From a virus, in IMG/VR virus record IMGVR_UViG_3300044961_000421, positions 16,876 through 80,875 of that record: a stretch of 64,000 nucleotides of DNA; one strand, given 5' to 3'. The notes under the pieces were generated by a model. It was not told where the DNA came from. It saw only the letters and a list, made by a program, of their open reading frames with translations, and ran no database searches. Within the stretch, counting starts at the first letter, position 1; each line of letters begins with the position of its first letter. The position numbers were made by a program, and so were the translations under genes. Of this stretch, positions 1-9,545 are shown piece after piece.

Positions 1-103
1 ATTTCAGAAACACTATATGTTGCTTCGTTTGGTTGTGGTTTAAAAATCGGTGCTTGAGCAAATGTTATTCCTACAATTGAAAAAAATAAAATAAAAATAT
101 TTT

Positions 104-316
104 TCATACTTTCTCCTGTGATTTTTTTCTTTTATAATCTGTTACATACCATCCGTTTCCAACAAATTTTAATCCAAATGTTGAAAAGAGAGATTCTAAA
201 TCACCATCACATTTTGTTATTTCCGCTTGGTCGTGTTTTCGTTTTATATCTTTACTTTTCTGATATAATTCTATTTTTTTACCACATTTCAAACATCTAT
301 ATTCATAGATCGGCAT
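104..316 (-). CDS. FmdB-family zinc-ribbon protein
   Basis: MPIYEYRCLKCG N-terminus; C-terminal FVGNGWYVTDY typical of the family. Confidence 0.8.
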   Translation of the reverse strand: MPIYEYRCLKCGKKIELYQKSKDIKRKHDQAEITKCDGDLESLFSTFGLKFVGNGWYVTDYKRKKSQEKV

Positions 317-318
317 AG

Positions 319-501
319 TTAACCTATCGTATACGAAACCACGATACCACTAACAACTTCAAGATTTACTCTTCCTGGAACAAAATCACATGTAAGCATC
401 ATTGGTTTTTCATCCTCAACACTAATTCGAAAGTGTATTTTACGAATTGAAAGAAAATCAATAGCCTCTTGGATTGTCATTCCTATTAATTCATTAAACA
501 T
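319..501 (-). CDS. small protein, peptidase-inhibitor I78/I13-like
   Basis: MLTCDFVPGRVNLEV resembles the T.D....R.N motif. Confidence 0.5.
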   Translation of the reverse strand: MFNELIGMTIQEAIDFLSIRKIHFRISVEDEKPMMLTCDFVPGRVNLEVVSGIVVSYTIG

Positions 502-504
502 ATT

Positions 505-783
505 TTACCTCACTCTTATTGCTAATATTTTATCTAATGCTTCCTGTTTTGTCATTCCACAAATCATTCTTGTATACTGAACGGGTTTAGTATACATAAA
601 CAATAATATCCAAAATGCTTTTTTAAATCCTAATTCTTTAAATGGATTTCCAGGAAATTCTTCAACCGTTTCTATAGCAGAAATAACAGATTGTCTGGGA
701 ATTAAATCACTATCATCGAACGGAATATCATTATATTCAAAAAAACTTTTTTCATTATTTTCATTCATAGGGAAAATCTCCAT
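505..783 (-). CDS. hypothetical protein
   Basis: ORF in tightly packed minus-strand run. Confidence 0.55.
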   Translation of the reverse strand: MEIFPMNENNEKSFFEYNDIPFDDSDLIPRQSVISAIETVEEFPGNPFKELGFKKAFWILLFMYTKPVQYTRMICGMTKQEALDKILAIRVR

Positions 784-1213
784 ACATTTGTTTTAAGATA
801 TCTATTTCTTCTTTAGCCTTTTTTGTTGATGACTCTAAAAGAGACAAACAAGTATTACAGTATGATTCCAAAAAAGATTCATAATTTTTTTCAACATTTT
901 TTAAATAATCTTGGTATTCTTCAAATGTCATATTATTTAAATCCAATGTAGATTCAAATTTATTTCTTTCATTCAAAAATTTGATGAATTCTCGTTTCTT
1001 CATGATAGCATCTTCTGGAATATTTAAATTAACCATGTGTTCGGCAATAAAATTTTCGATGCCTTCGATGATCGCAAGAATGTTAGAGATTGCTACAATA
1101 GGAATTTTTGCTTCATATAAAAAACTCTGAACTACTTCTTCCAAACAAAACAATAGAATTCTAATTTTGTTCAAAATAAAACAACTTTCTTTTACTTTCT
1201 GTTGGTCATTCAT
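761..1213 (-). CDS. hypothetical protein
   Basis: 150 aa ORF with AGGTGA RBS. Confidence 0.65.
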   Translation of the reverse strand: MNDQQKVKESCFILNKIRILLFCLEEVVQSFLYEAKIPIVAISNILAIIEGIENFIAEHMVNLNIPEDAIMKKREFIKFLNERNKFESTLDLNNMTFEEYQDYLKNVEKNYESFLESYCNTCLSLLESSTKKAKEEIDILKQMYGDFPYE

Positions 1214-1224
1214 ATAATTATCAC

Positions 1225-1761
1225 CTATATATTATTTATGGGTTTCAAAATCATGTTATGGGTTACAAAATCATGTAGATACTTTAATTCATCGTATCCT
1301 ATATCTCGTTCTTCACAAAAATTGGAAAGGTAAGAAGAAACGGATAGCAGAATACTACGATGTAAAGCATCAATTCTTGGAAGTATCTTTAATTTGGAAA
1401 AATGTTTGATTCCGTTTTCCCATGCTCTCGCCTCACATAAACATGTGAGATTTTCATAATGTTTATCGAGATACTTATTTTCGATCATGTGTCCATGTTC
1501 GTGAATTAAAATTGATGAAATATCATGCCAAGAAAGAGATTTTCCTATTTTAATTCTAACTGCTTTTCCATAATATGCTGTTGCATCTATATATGGATAG
1601 CTCAGTTCTGATTTACAAAACACAACCTTATAATATTTTTTACATTCTTCCAAAATTTTCTCAAAGGTTTCAAATCCTTCATCATTATTCACACACCTTT
1701 TCAATTCGTTCAGAGATAATTCATGATTATTAGATCCCATACATACTCCTAAACATATCAC
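1225..1761 (-). CDS. putative zinc metallopeptidase (HExxH)
   Basis: LIHEHGH...EARAW; start may be the ATG near 1740. Confidence 0.55.
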   Translation of the reverse strand: MICLGVCMGSNNHELSLNELKRCVNNDEGFETFEKILEECKKYYKVVFCKSELSYPYIDATAYYGKAVRIKIGKSLSWHDISSILIHEHGHMIENKYLDKHYENLTCLCEARAWENGIKHFSKLKILPRIDALHRSILLSVSSYLSNFCEERDIGYDELKYLHDFVTHNMILKPINNI

Positions 1762-2371
1762 GAACAGTTATTAATTTATCCAAAAAATCGTTTTTCTTCA
1801 CTTCATAAATGTCCACTTTCAAATTATCCGTCAAGAGTATCATGATTACAATATCATCTATTTTTGTTCCGGTTCTTTCCTCAAATGCTTCAGCATAAAA
1901 GGAACCTTGAATAAAGTAGGATTCCAACCATTCTAATTTTTTCTTTCTCCTGTTTGTTTTGAAATCTATAACCGTTGGTTTACCATCATAAACACAAATA
2001 CAATCCGAACGTCCAGCAATTTTATATTTATCAGACCAAATTGTTTTTTCTTGGCAATAAATTTCTGTAATCTTTGATAGACTAGGAAGAAATGCTCTGA
2101 AATCAACCGTCTCCTTAATAGGTTCATTCTTAAGATATTTTTCAACAATTTCATGAAGAGAAGTTCCTCGGCGTGTCGCGGTTGAAGAAATCTTATTTGC
2201 CGTTTTCTCTCCGACACGTCTTTTCCAATTACTAATAGTCTCCTCACTCAAAACGGATAATACTGTAGTGATAGAAGGGTATAAGTTTCCTTCAGGAGTA
2301 ACATATACCCTTATATCGTTTTCGTTTCGTATCGGAATATCCGGGATTTCAATGTTGTGTTGTATTATCAT
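1730..2371 (-). CDS. PD-(D/E)xK exonuclease (T4-like Cas4-type)
   Basis: YPSITTVL, RGTSLH, AGRSDC, VIDFKT motifs. Confidence 0.85.
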   Translation of the reverse strand: MIIQHNIEIPDIPIRNENDIRVYVTPEGNLYPSITTVLSVLSEETISNWKRRVGEKTANKISSTATRRGTSLHEIVEKYLKNEPIKETVDFRAFLPSLSKITEIYCQEKTIWSDKYKIAGRSDCICVYDGKPTVIDFKTNRRKKKLEWLESYFIQGSFYAEAFEERTGTKIDDIVIMILLTDNLKVDIYEVKKNDFLDKLITVRDMFRSMYGI

Positions 2372-2385
2372 CTAACTATAGTTTA

Positions 2386-3105
2386 TCACACTTTCTTGTT
2401 GGATTCAAGCTTATATTTCATTTCGATATAATTTTTCACCAGCTTGCTTCTTACTATGTCTTCGACACCAAATTCTATATACTCAAAATCATCCTTCATC
2501 TCAAAAAGGATATCCAAAAATTTTAACAATCCTTCTTTTTCATGATGTTTAATCAAATCCGTTTGCGCGTAATCGCCGCAGAAAAAAAGGCGGCAGTTAT
2601 TACCGGTCCTTGTAATAATCGTATCAAGTTCTTGGAAATTCATGTTTTGAATTTCATCAACAATAACCAAACAGTTCTCGAAAGTTTTTCCTCGTAAAAA
2701 GGATGTGGAAATAAATTCTATATATCCTTTTGTTTTCATTACGTCGAGTGCATCCCCTCGTTCAAACAAATCGGAAAGAATATATTTATAGGCAGCCTCG
2801 TATTCCGCCATCTTTTCTTTCGCATCACCGGGTAGGTGTCCCATTTCCCTACTCTGTACACATGACCGTATAATTACAACTTTGTTATATGGATCACATT
2901 TGCTCTTTAATAAAGTTCTAAGAGCTAAATAAATGGCAATAAAGGTTTTCCCTGTTCCAGCAACACCATGCATTAGAACATTGAACCCTTCTTCCCAAGA
3001 TTCAAACACATATTCTTGCCCAGGTGTTTTTGGAACAATATTTCTCAATCTAAATGTAGCATCTATACCATTCATAGTTTTTTTTGTTATTTGTTTTTTT
3101 GCCAT
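2386..3105 (-). CDS. phoH: PhoH-family ATPase
   Basis: GVAGTGKT, GHLPG, FLRGKTF, VDEIQN, GDYAQTD, DIVRS. Confidence 0.93.
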   Translation of the reverse strand: MAKKQITKKTMNGIDATFRLRNIVPKTPGQEYVFESWEEGFNVLMHGVAGTGKTFIAIYLALRTLLKSKCDPYNKVVIIRSCVQSREMGHLPGDAKEKMAEYEAAYKYILSDLFERGDALDVMKTKGYIEFISTSFLRGKTFENCLVIVDEIQNMNFQELDTIITRTGNNCRLFFCGDYAQTDLIKHHEKEGLLKFLDILFEMKDDFEYIEFGVEDIVRSKLVKNYIEMKYKLESNKKV

Positions 3106-3135
3106 TCTGGTCCCTTAAAGATAAGTAGATACAAC

Positions 3136-3171
3136 AAAAGGTAAGCCGCATTGATATACGGCTTACCTTTT
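3136..3171. terminator. intrinsic terminator hairpin
   Basis: AAAAGGTAAGCCG-loop-CGGCTTACCTTTT. Confidence 0.7.
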
Positions 3172-3215
3172 GGAGGAGTGAATTTGATATGAAACTCACA
3201 ACCGTATTTAGAAAA

Positions 3216-3476
3216 TCAAATATCTTTAATTGTGGAACCAGGATGTGCTTTTTTAATTTCTTTTAATCTACTCCTAAAATCATCATTTGGTTTTATTCTT
3301 CCCATTTTCCATGGGTCACCAAAATTTGCCTTTGTTACAATTTGTTCAATTTCACAATTTCCGTCACCGGCACAACCTTCCGGTTTTTCAGAAAGAGGCT
3401 TTTCCATATCTTTCATTGGAAGAAGCCTTTCGTATTCATAACCACATTTCTTACATCTGTAGTTGTATAGTGGCAT
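3216..3476 (-). CDS. FmdB-family zinc-ribbon protein (T4-like conserved)
   Basis: MPLYNYRCKKCG ... LKEIKKAHPGS. Confidence 0.8.
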   Translation of the reverse strand: MPLYNYRCKKCGYEYERLLPMKDMEKPLSEKPEGCAGDGNCEIEQIVTKANFGDPWKMGRIKPNDDFRSRLKEIKKAHPGSTIKDI

Positions 3477-3601
3477 TTTCGTTTCTCTTATTTTTAAAAA
3501 TAAGTTATCTCCTAATTTAAAGTAATATAATCGTAATCATTAATATTTTTTAATGATGTATTTGTTTATATCTACTAACCAAAATATTATTCATCCTTTT
3601 T

Positions 3602-4096
3602 CTATACCATAAAAATTTTATCTTTAAACCATTTCGGCATCGAACGTGGTGGATTCCATTTTGCTAAATGTTGCTTACAAAAAATATAATATTTACGATA
3701 GGAGGAAAATGGATCACCATCAACATGACAAAATTCTGGCATACAAAGAGGAATTGGTGTAATAGCACCATTCTCTCTCAATGGTGGTGTTGGTAAAGAC
3801 AATATAGTATCATACGCCTTATGATTACGAGCAATAGGATGATTAAAACGAATTCTCCACTCATTATTTAGCGCCTCCGCATAAGATTTCATCCAGTTCC
3901 AATTTTCTATACATTCTCGAACCCACCTTGATGTAGGGTGGTTGATATAAGACGCTTTATATCCGCAATCAATACCATTCACTCGACAAGCTGTACTCAT
4001 CATCTGAGCACATTCAAGAGGAATTTTTACAATATGAGAATCAACATGATAGGAAGCCGAAATTTCAAAATTTTCATCTAATGGAAAGATATTCAT
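3602..4096 (-). CDS. pyrimidine-dimer DNA glycosylase/endonuclease V-like protein
   Basis: MNIFPLD..HIVKIPLECAQM..YK..NHP...W..P.CMP; start set at ATG 4096, just after the promoter. Confidence 0.75.
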   Translation of the reverse strand: MNIFPLDENFEISASYHVDSHIVKIPLECAQMMSTACRVNGIDCGYKASYINHPTSRWVRECIENWNWMKSYAEALNNEWRIRFNHPIARNHKAYDTILSLPTPPLRENGAITPIPLCMPEFCHVDGDPFSSYRKYYIFCKQHLAKWNPPRSMPKWFKDKIFMV

Positions 4097-4102
4097 ACTC
4101 TT

Positions 4103-4131
4103 ATTATACAATATTATTTCTATGTTGTCAA
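4103..4131 (-). promoter_or_regulatory. sigma70-type promoter
   Basis: TTGACA-17-TATAAT with TG extension. Confidence 0.8.
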
Positions 4132-4372
4132 CTTTAAACAATTGTGATACTTTGGTCGAATTCTTCCTTATCTCTATATCCACCACTATCCAAATAAACC
4201 CACCTTCGGAGAACCAATTCTATAACTTTCTGAAATTCTTCATCATCGACATTTTTTGGCAAATGCGGTGAGAGCAAGATTTTGCCACACCATCATTAGA
4301 GAAATGCCTTTCCAATTTACATCCAAAAATCAAACAAAATTTTCTCTTTTCCGGAATATGTGTATTCTTTTT

Positions 4373-5470
4373 TCATGTCAGTAATCCATGAGGGTGTGAT
4401 TCTCGTAATCCTGCATGTGTAATTTCGACAAATCTAGCATTTTCTCTCAGTTCAGCAATATTCATTGCTCCACAGTAAGACATACCAGAACGTAATCCAT
4501 CGCACAAACCGTTAATAATATTCTCTACAGCACCCTTATAAGGAACCAATGCCTCGGTTCCTTCGATGAATGCTACACGCTCATTCCTATCTTTTTTGTC
4601 GGCAAAAGACGCCGATCCTCGATATACTTTATAGAGAGAACCATTATTTCCTTTTATAACATTTCCTGGTGCCTCTTTTGTTCCGGCAAGCAAACTACCG
4701 AGCATCACGGCATTTGCGCCAGCAGCCAGAGATTTTACAATATCTCCACTTGATTTAATACCTCCATCAGCGATAATACCGCAATTGAAACAATTTCCCG
4801 AAAAAATATCCATAACAGAATGTAGTGTTGGTATTCCACATCCGGTCATAATTCTTGTTGTACACAAAGAACCACCACCAATACCAACTTTAAAAGAAAT
4901 ATTATTTTTGATATAAACATCAATTTTTTCTAGAGTTAATCCTTTTTGTTTTAGAACATTTATAACTATAGAAATTATATTCTTATATGCTCGTTCTGTC
5001 GCAATATTACCAAAAATTACCGGGAAATTAAATGTTTCCTGCATTTCCATATATCTGGAAACAACATTCAAAACCTTGATATTATCAGCATGAGCCACAT
5101 CCAAACAAAGAATGTCCGCTCCATACTTGATACCAACCTCTACCTGTTCCTTCCAATTATCTTGGACTCCAAATGAAACACCAATAGCACCAGAATCGGG
5201 AACACGATCAATATTTCTATATGGTTCGAGAATACCAATAACTTCTTCTAGTGGAATCGTTCTTGGAATAATAGCCATTCCACCTAAGCGCATCATTTCT
5301 GAAACCATATCTTTTCCTGTCACTGAAGACATGTTTGCAGAAATGATTGGAATTTTGAGCTTAATTCCGGAAATGGTAGTTGAAATGTCAATATCATTTC
5401 TGGAACCGCAAGTAGAATATTGTGGTTCTAGGAGTACATCATCAAACGAAAGAGCCTTTTTAAAGTACAT
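4373..5470 (-). CDS. IMP dehydrogenase / GMP reductase (no CBS domains)
   Basis: LSFDDVLL, PIISANM, KVGIGGGSLCTTR, IIADGGI, YRGSAS, LRSGMSYCG. Confidence 0.9.
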   Translation of the reverse strand: MYFKKALSFDDVLLEPQYSTCGSRNDIDISTTISGIKLKIPIISANMSSVTGKDMVSEMMRLGGMAIIPRTIPLEEVIGILEPYRNIDRVPDSGAIGVSFGVQDNWKEQVEVGIKYGADILCLDVAHADNIKVLNVVSRYMEMQETFNFPVIFGNIATERAYKNIISIVINVLKQKGLTLEKIDVYIKNNISFKVGIGGGSLCTTRIMTGCGIPTLHSVMDIFSGNCFNCGIIADGGIKSSGDIVKSLAAGANAVMLGSLLAGTKEAPGNVIKGNNGSLYKVYRGSASFADKKDRNERVAFIEGTEALVPYKGAVENIINGLCDGLRSGMSYCGAMNIAELRENARFVEITHAGLRESHPHGLLT

Positions 5471-5825
5471 TATATTCTTTTATCCTCTTTTTCATTAAAC
5501 GCAAAATAGCATTCTTGTTAAATTTAATGATATCTTTTTCTTCCAAAATAGAAAGAACATAATTTAAGTATTCTGTAGGATTTTCAACAAACATCCAAAC
5601 GATATTTGTTTGTGTTTCCAACTTTTCTTGAAGAGCAATGGACAACTCTGCTTCAACAATATCTAATATTGTTTTAGCCAACTTATCTTCGGATTTATAT
5701 TCATCTCCGGAGTTTCCGAAATAATCATCTAGGATATCATCAATACCTTCTGTTTCTAAAAAATTATCACAAACCTTTTTGTTATTTTTCTTAATAATAA
5801 ATTTTTTCATTATATTATATTTCAT
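5460..5825 (-). CDS. hypothetical protein
   Basis: 121 aa ORF with RBS. Confidence 0.55.
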   Translation of the reverse strand: MKYNIMKKFIIKKNNKKVCDNFLETEGIDDILDDYFGNSGDEYKSEDKLAKTILDIVEAELSIALQEKLETQTNIVWMFVENPTEYLNYVLSILEEKDIIKFNKNAILRLMKKRIKEYNVL

Positions 5826-5974
5826 CCTTTATCTTTTGTTTCAATTTTTGATCAACGATAGTTCTGTTGCTTCGGCACCATGGACAAGAACCGGAATTCT
5901 TACACGAACTATCATATAATCTAGGTCCATAAATCTTTTTCTTTTTATCGGTTTGCTTTCTTCTCCAACTCATA

Positions 5975-7076
5975 TTACTCTCTCACCTTCATTAATTTGA
6001 ACATTTTTTTTGGTGGGTGTGTTCTCACCCAATGTTCAACATTTTTCACTTTTCCATCATATAGTGCAAAAAATGCTGATTTAAACAAATTATATTTAGG
6101 TGTTTGAAGAACAAGAGCAAAATCCTTCCTTGTTTTAAACACCATTTGTGTCAATTCTTCCCACTGTTCGGAAAGATGATATATCAGGTTTTCATACAAA
6201 CCATGTATATTTTTGAATGATCTTTCCAAATCAGGAAAATATGTCAATATTTCGGATGTTTCTCCTTTTTGTATCAATTCGACTATTTTTTCTTCATTAA
6301 GAGTATCTTTTAGGTGATGAAGAATTACATACTTTGGAGATTTTATTTTTAAACGATTATAATACTTATCAACAAGAACAAAACCTTCCTGCTCATTTGG
6401 ATTTAAGTTTTTGGACATTTCTATGACATCGTTTACCGTTTGTACCGGGAATTCCCGGACAGGATTTAATTCTTGAAATTTTTGCACATCCAAAGAAACA
6501 CCCGTTTTGTTGTGGCGTACACCTATTAATGTCAATTTTCCTTCATTATCTCCCTGAACGACAACTATTCTGTTATATTTTGATTCCAACTCGAAACAAT
6601 AAGTATATGATTCATCCAATACTTTCAATACTCCATCATTTTGGTGGGTAAATATTTTCCAAAATAGTTGACTAAATGTAAAGTTTTCGTTACCCATATT
6701 TCCACCCGCATCAGGAGATCCCTTTGACGCAACATGCCACTCGTTATCATAGTGATATAGTATCATCAAAGAACCATCAAGTTTTTCTTGAACCTTCATC
6801 GAAGAAAAATCAAAATTTTCTGTTTCAAATTCTCCATAATTAAAGAATCTATCAAACGGGCGCGCAACAACTTCATAATTATTTTCTTCATCGAGTATTA
6901 TACCACGCAATTCACAAACTATTGGATAATTTCTCACCTTTTGAGATTCCAGCCCATAACAAAACTGAAGAAGGTTGGGGTATTTCGTATGGTGCTTCGC
7001 AAAAACACCATATTGTTCTTCTAGCTTCGAAAGAGCATCTTCATTTTTTTAAAAGAAATTTTTGTAACTCAAGCAT
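5975..7076 (-). CDS. rnlA: T4 Rnl1-type RNA ligase (apparent frameshift near N-terminus)
   Basis: ELRGIIL, RPFDRFFNYGE, EKLDGSL, FELES, EGFVL, LKIKS; in-frame ORF is 5975..6937 and the upstream part joins across an A7 run. Confidence 0.85.
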
Positions 7077-7179
7077 ACCAAAGCCATCCAATATTCATTC
7101 CTATGGATATGGATTTATGAAGTATGAACATATCCACAGGATTATAAATTATCATATTACTATTATATCACAGTCTACT

Positions 7180-7977
7180 CTAATTATCAAGGTAAATAGA
7201 ATTCAGGTAATCATATTTTCCTTGAGGATCTTGAGCACCGGTTTTCCATGGTTTTAGAATTTCAATATGTGTTTTATTATCAGATTCTATCAAAAACGCA
7301 GCAGTTCTCATATCAGTATCTATCATATAATTTTCAGAATTATCTGATGATATATAAACAACATCTTTTCGTTGCGTATGTCCAAATAACTGATTAATAC
7401 CTTCTGTTGGTTTATAATTTTGAACATCGCACCATGTAATGCCTCCATATGGTTGTGTACCACCACGATCATAACCGGCTAATAGAAACATATCCACAAA
7501 TCCGGTATTCACCTTTCCTTTAATTTTCTCATTGAGTTTTGGAAAAAATTCATATCCACAATCTTGGAACGAAACACCAATCAATTCTTTTGTTATACCT
7601 GCATGAGATAGAACATAATCACCAACAACTCTGATAAAATCAAATCTATCTAGATAAGGTGCCAAAATTTTATTTACTCTCTTCGCTTCTGTTGGTTGGA
7701 ATCCCGCACAACTATATTCGTATGCTGAATTTATATATAGATAACGGATATCATGGTTTCCAACAAGAAAGGTATAATTTTCGTTTTTTTCAATAAGACT
7801 TCTGAGCCATTCTGCCGTTTCTGTTGCTGAAAAGATTCTCCTGAAGGAATCAAAATAATCTCCCAAAAAAACAACAGAATCATATTTACCTCGAAGACTG
7901 TTTAAAAGGTGGTTTGCTCTCCCAATGGCTTGGTGAATATCAGGAATCACTAGTGTCGTTTTTTTTGTCATTTTCAT
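7180..7977 (-). CDS. calcineurin-like metallophosphoesterase
   Basis: DIH, GDYFD, GNHD, SHAG, GHT motifs. Confidence 0.88.
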   Translation of the reverse strand: MKMTKKTTLVIPDIHQAIGRANHLLNSLRGKYDSVVFLGDYFDSFRRIFSATETAEWLRSLIEKNENYTFLVGNHDIRYLYINSAYEYSCAGFQPTEAKRVNKILAPYLDRFDFIRVVGDYVLSHAGITKELIGVSFQDCGYEFFPKLNEKIKGKVNTGFVDMFLLAGYDRGGTQPYGGITWCDVQNYKPTEGINQLFGHTQRKDVVYISSDNSENYMIDTDMRTAAFLIESDNKTHIEILKPWKTGAQDPQGKYDYLNSIYLDN

Positions 7978-8344
7978 TAGAAATCCTTTTTTTCAACCAC
8001 ATTAAAATGGGAGCACCCATTGGTATCCACAATTCATTAATTGTGGGCGGTCATCAAACACTACAATTACATTATATCTGTTCCTGATGTGTTTGTCAAA
8101 CAATTTTGTGTATAGTTCTTTACACTTTTGATTATAATTCGTATCAGAAGAAATGGCAGGTATATTCCCATTAATTCTTTAAACCTCTTTTCCTATATGA
8201 TGTTACTTCCGTTCCTCCTTCTCTAGACCAGTTTTCGTGGATACCCAATTCGAAAAGGATTTCGTCATGTTCAATAACAGTCGTACCAATTTTTTGTGCT
8301 AATTCCCGTGCTTGTGTGGATTTACCAGAACAGGTCAAAATCAT
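7978..8344 (-). pseudogene. decayed polynucleotide kinase/phosphatase (PseT-like)
   Basis: N-terminal MILTCSGKSTQAREL and out-of-frame C-terminal FDKHIRNRYNVIVVFDDRPQ; middle deleted. Confidence 0.65.
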
Positions 8345-8541
8345 AAATAAATCCACTTCTATATTTTTGCATAATTTCTTTAAGATATGCTTCTGCTTCT
8401 TCTTTCGGCATATCACCAACATCAATGTAAAATATTCTTCTTTCTGGTGAAAGACGATGTATTGTTATTTTATCTTTAATCGTTCTTGATTGATTTGGTG
8501 TTTTGATTGCTTTATGGAGTAGTTTCTTAAAAAAAGTTCAT
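8322..8541 (-). pseudogene. short portal (gp20) fragment ORF, one-base frameshift at T7 run
   Basis: LHKAIKTPNQ...PERRIFYIDVGDMPKEEAEAYLKEIMQKYR matches the conserved gp20 segment. Confidence 0.7.
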
Positions 8542-8586
8542 TTGTTATCTATCTTCCTATTAAAATAATATAAAAACAACAAAATA

Positions 8587-9045
8587 TCAATGTTTTCTTA
8601 TTAATTTCTTTCTGAGAAGTTCTCTATTTGTTTCAGAATCTTCTGGATTATAGATTTTGGCTGAAAGCATCAGTCCAACTTCATCAAAGTGCGGTTTCCA
8701 TGAGAAAAAATCTTGCGTATGACCGGCTACAGATTTAAAATAATTTTTTGTATTATACCAATAATCATAAGCATGAACCATTTCATGCCCCAGGACTTCT
8801 AAAAAAGTAATAAATTGTGGATATTTCTTAGAAAGGTGAAGGCTCCAATATTTTGGTGACTTTTCGTTTTCATATCCCCCAACTTTACAATATCCAAAAG
8901 CATCGTCTCCTATATTATATATTTTAACTTCTTTCGGATAATGAACTAAATTGGAAAATATGCTATTATTTAATACACGAAACCAGTATAAAACCTTTTT
9001 ATGGGTAGCAATATATTCCTTTTTTGAAAATATTACAGACATCAC
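8587..9045 (-). CDS. SprT-like metalloprotease
   Basis: LNNSIFSN, VLGHEMVHAY, GHTQDFFSW. Confidence 0.75.
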   Translation of the reverse strand: MMSVIFSKKEYIATHKKVLYWFRVLNNSIFSNLVHYPKEVKIYNIGDDAFGYCKVGGYENEKSPKYWSLHLSKKYPQFITFLEVLGHEMVHAYDYWYNTKNYFKSVAGHTQDFFSWKPHFDEVGLMLSAKIYNPEDSETNRELLRKKLIRKH

Positions 9046-9542
9046 AAAAGTTCCACATTTTTTTCTTTTTTATTTAAATGTCTTTCATAATCATATTCCA
9101 CAATCAAACCAGGGAAAACTTCATCCAAAATTTCTTTTGTTACATTTGGTAAAATTATACTCTTTGAAAGAACGTTTATATAAAAAATTCCATCTTCAGC
9201 CGAGAGCAGTGAAAGAGCGCGAAGCAAAACATTTTTTCTATTAGCTTCTTCTCTTTTCAATTCTGATTCAGTTTTTTGTCTATTGTCATCAATAAACAAA
9301 TAAAATAAATTGGATTCCCACCACAAACTATCTTCTTCTAATCCATTAGGATTTTCGGATGGCCTATAATTTGGTATTTCTGGTAAATTAATTTTCACAG
9401 ATTTGTCAAAAATCAATTTAATATAACGTCGAAGATAAGTATTATCCCAATGTTTCAGGAATGAGATGATTTCATCTTTATCCTTCAATGTTTTTAAAAC
9501 ATCAACTACTTCCCTCGGTGAATAATTTTCTTGGTTTAACAT
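9042..9542 (-). CDS. conserved T4-like hypothetical protein
   Basis: Position after RNase H and the LP..P.Y...EVFPGL pattern are typical of T4-like phages. Confidence 0.65.
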   Translation of the reverse strand: MLNQENYSPREVVDVLKTLKDKDEIISFLKHWDNTYLRRYIKLIFDKSVKINLPEIPNYRPSENPNGLEEDSLWWESNLFYLFIDDNRQKTESELKREEANRKNVLLRALSLLSAEDGIFYINVLSKSIILPNVTKEILDEVFPGLIVEYDYERHLNKKEKNVELL

Positions 9543-9545
9543 TCT

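Noticed and set aside
1730-2371. Cas4 as evidence of a CRISPR-Cas system
   Set aside because: This is the ordinary stand-alone exonuclease next to phoH in T4-like phages; no other cas genes or array.
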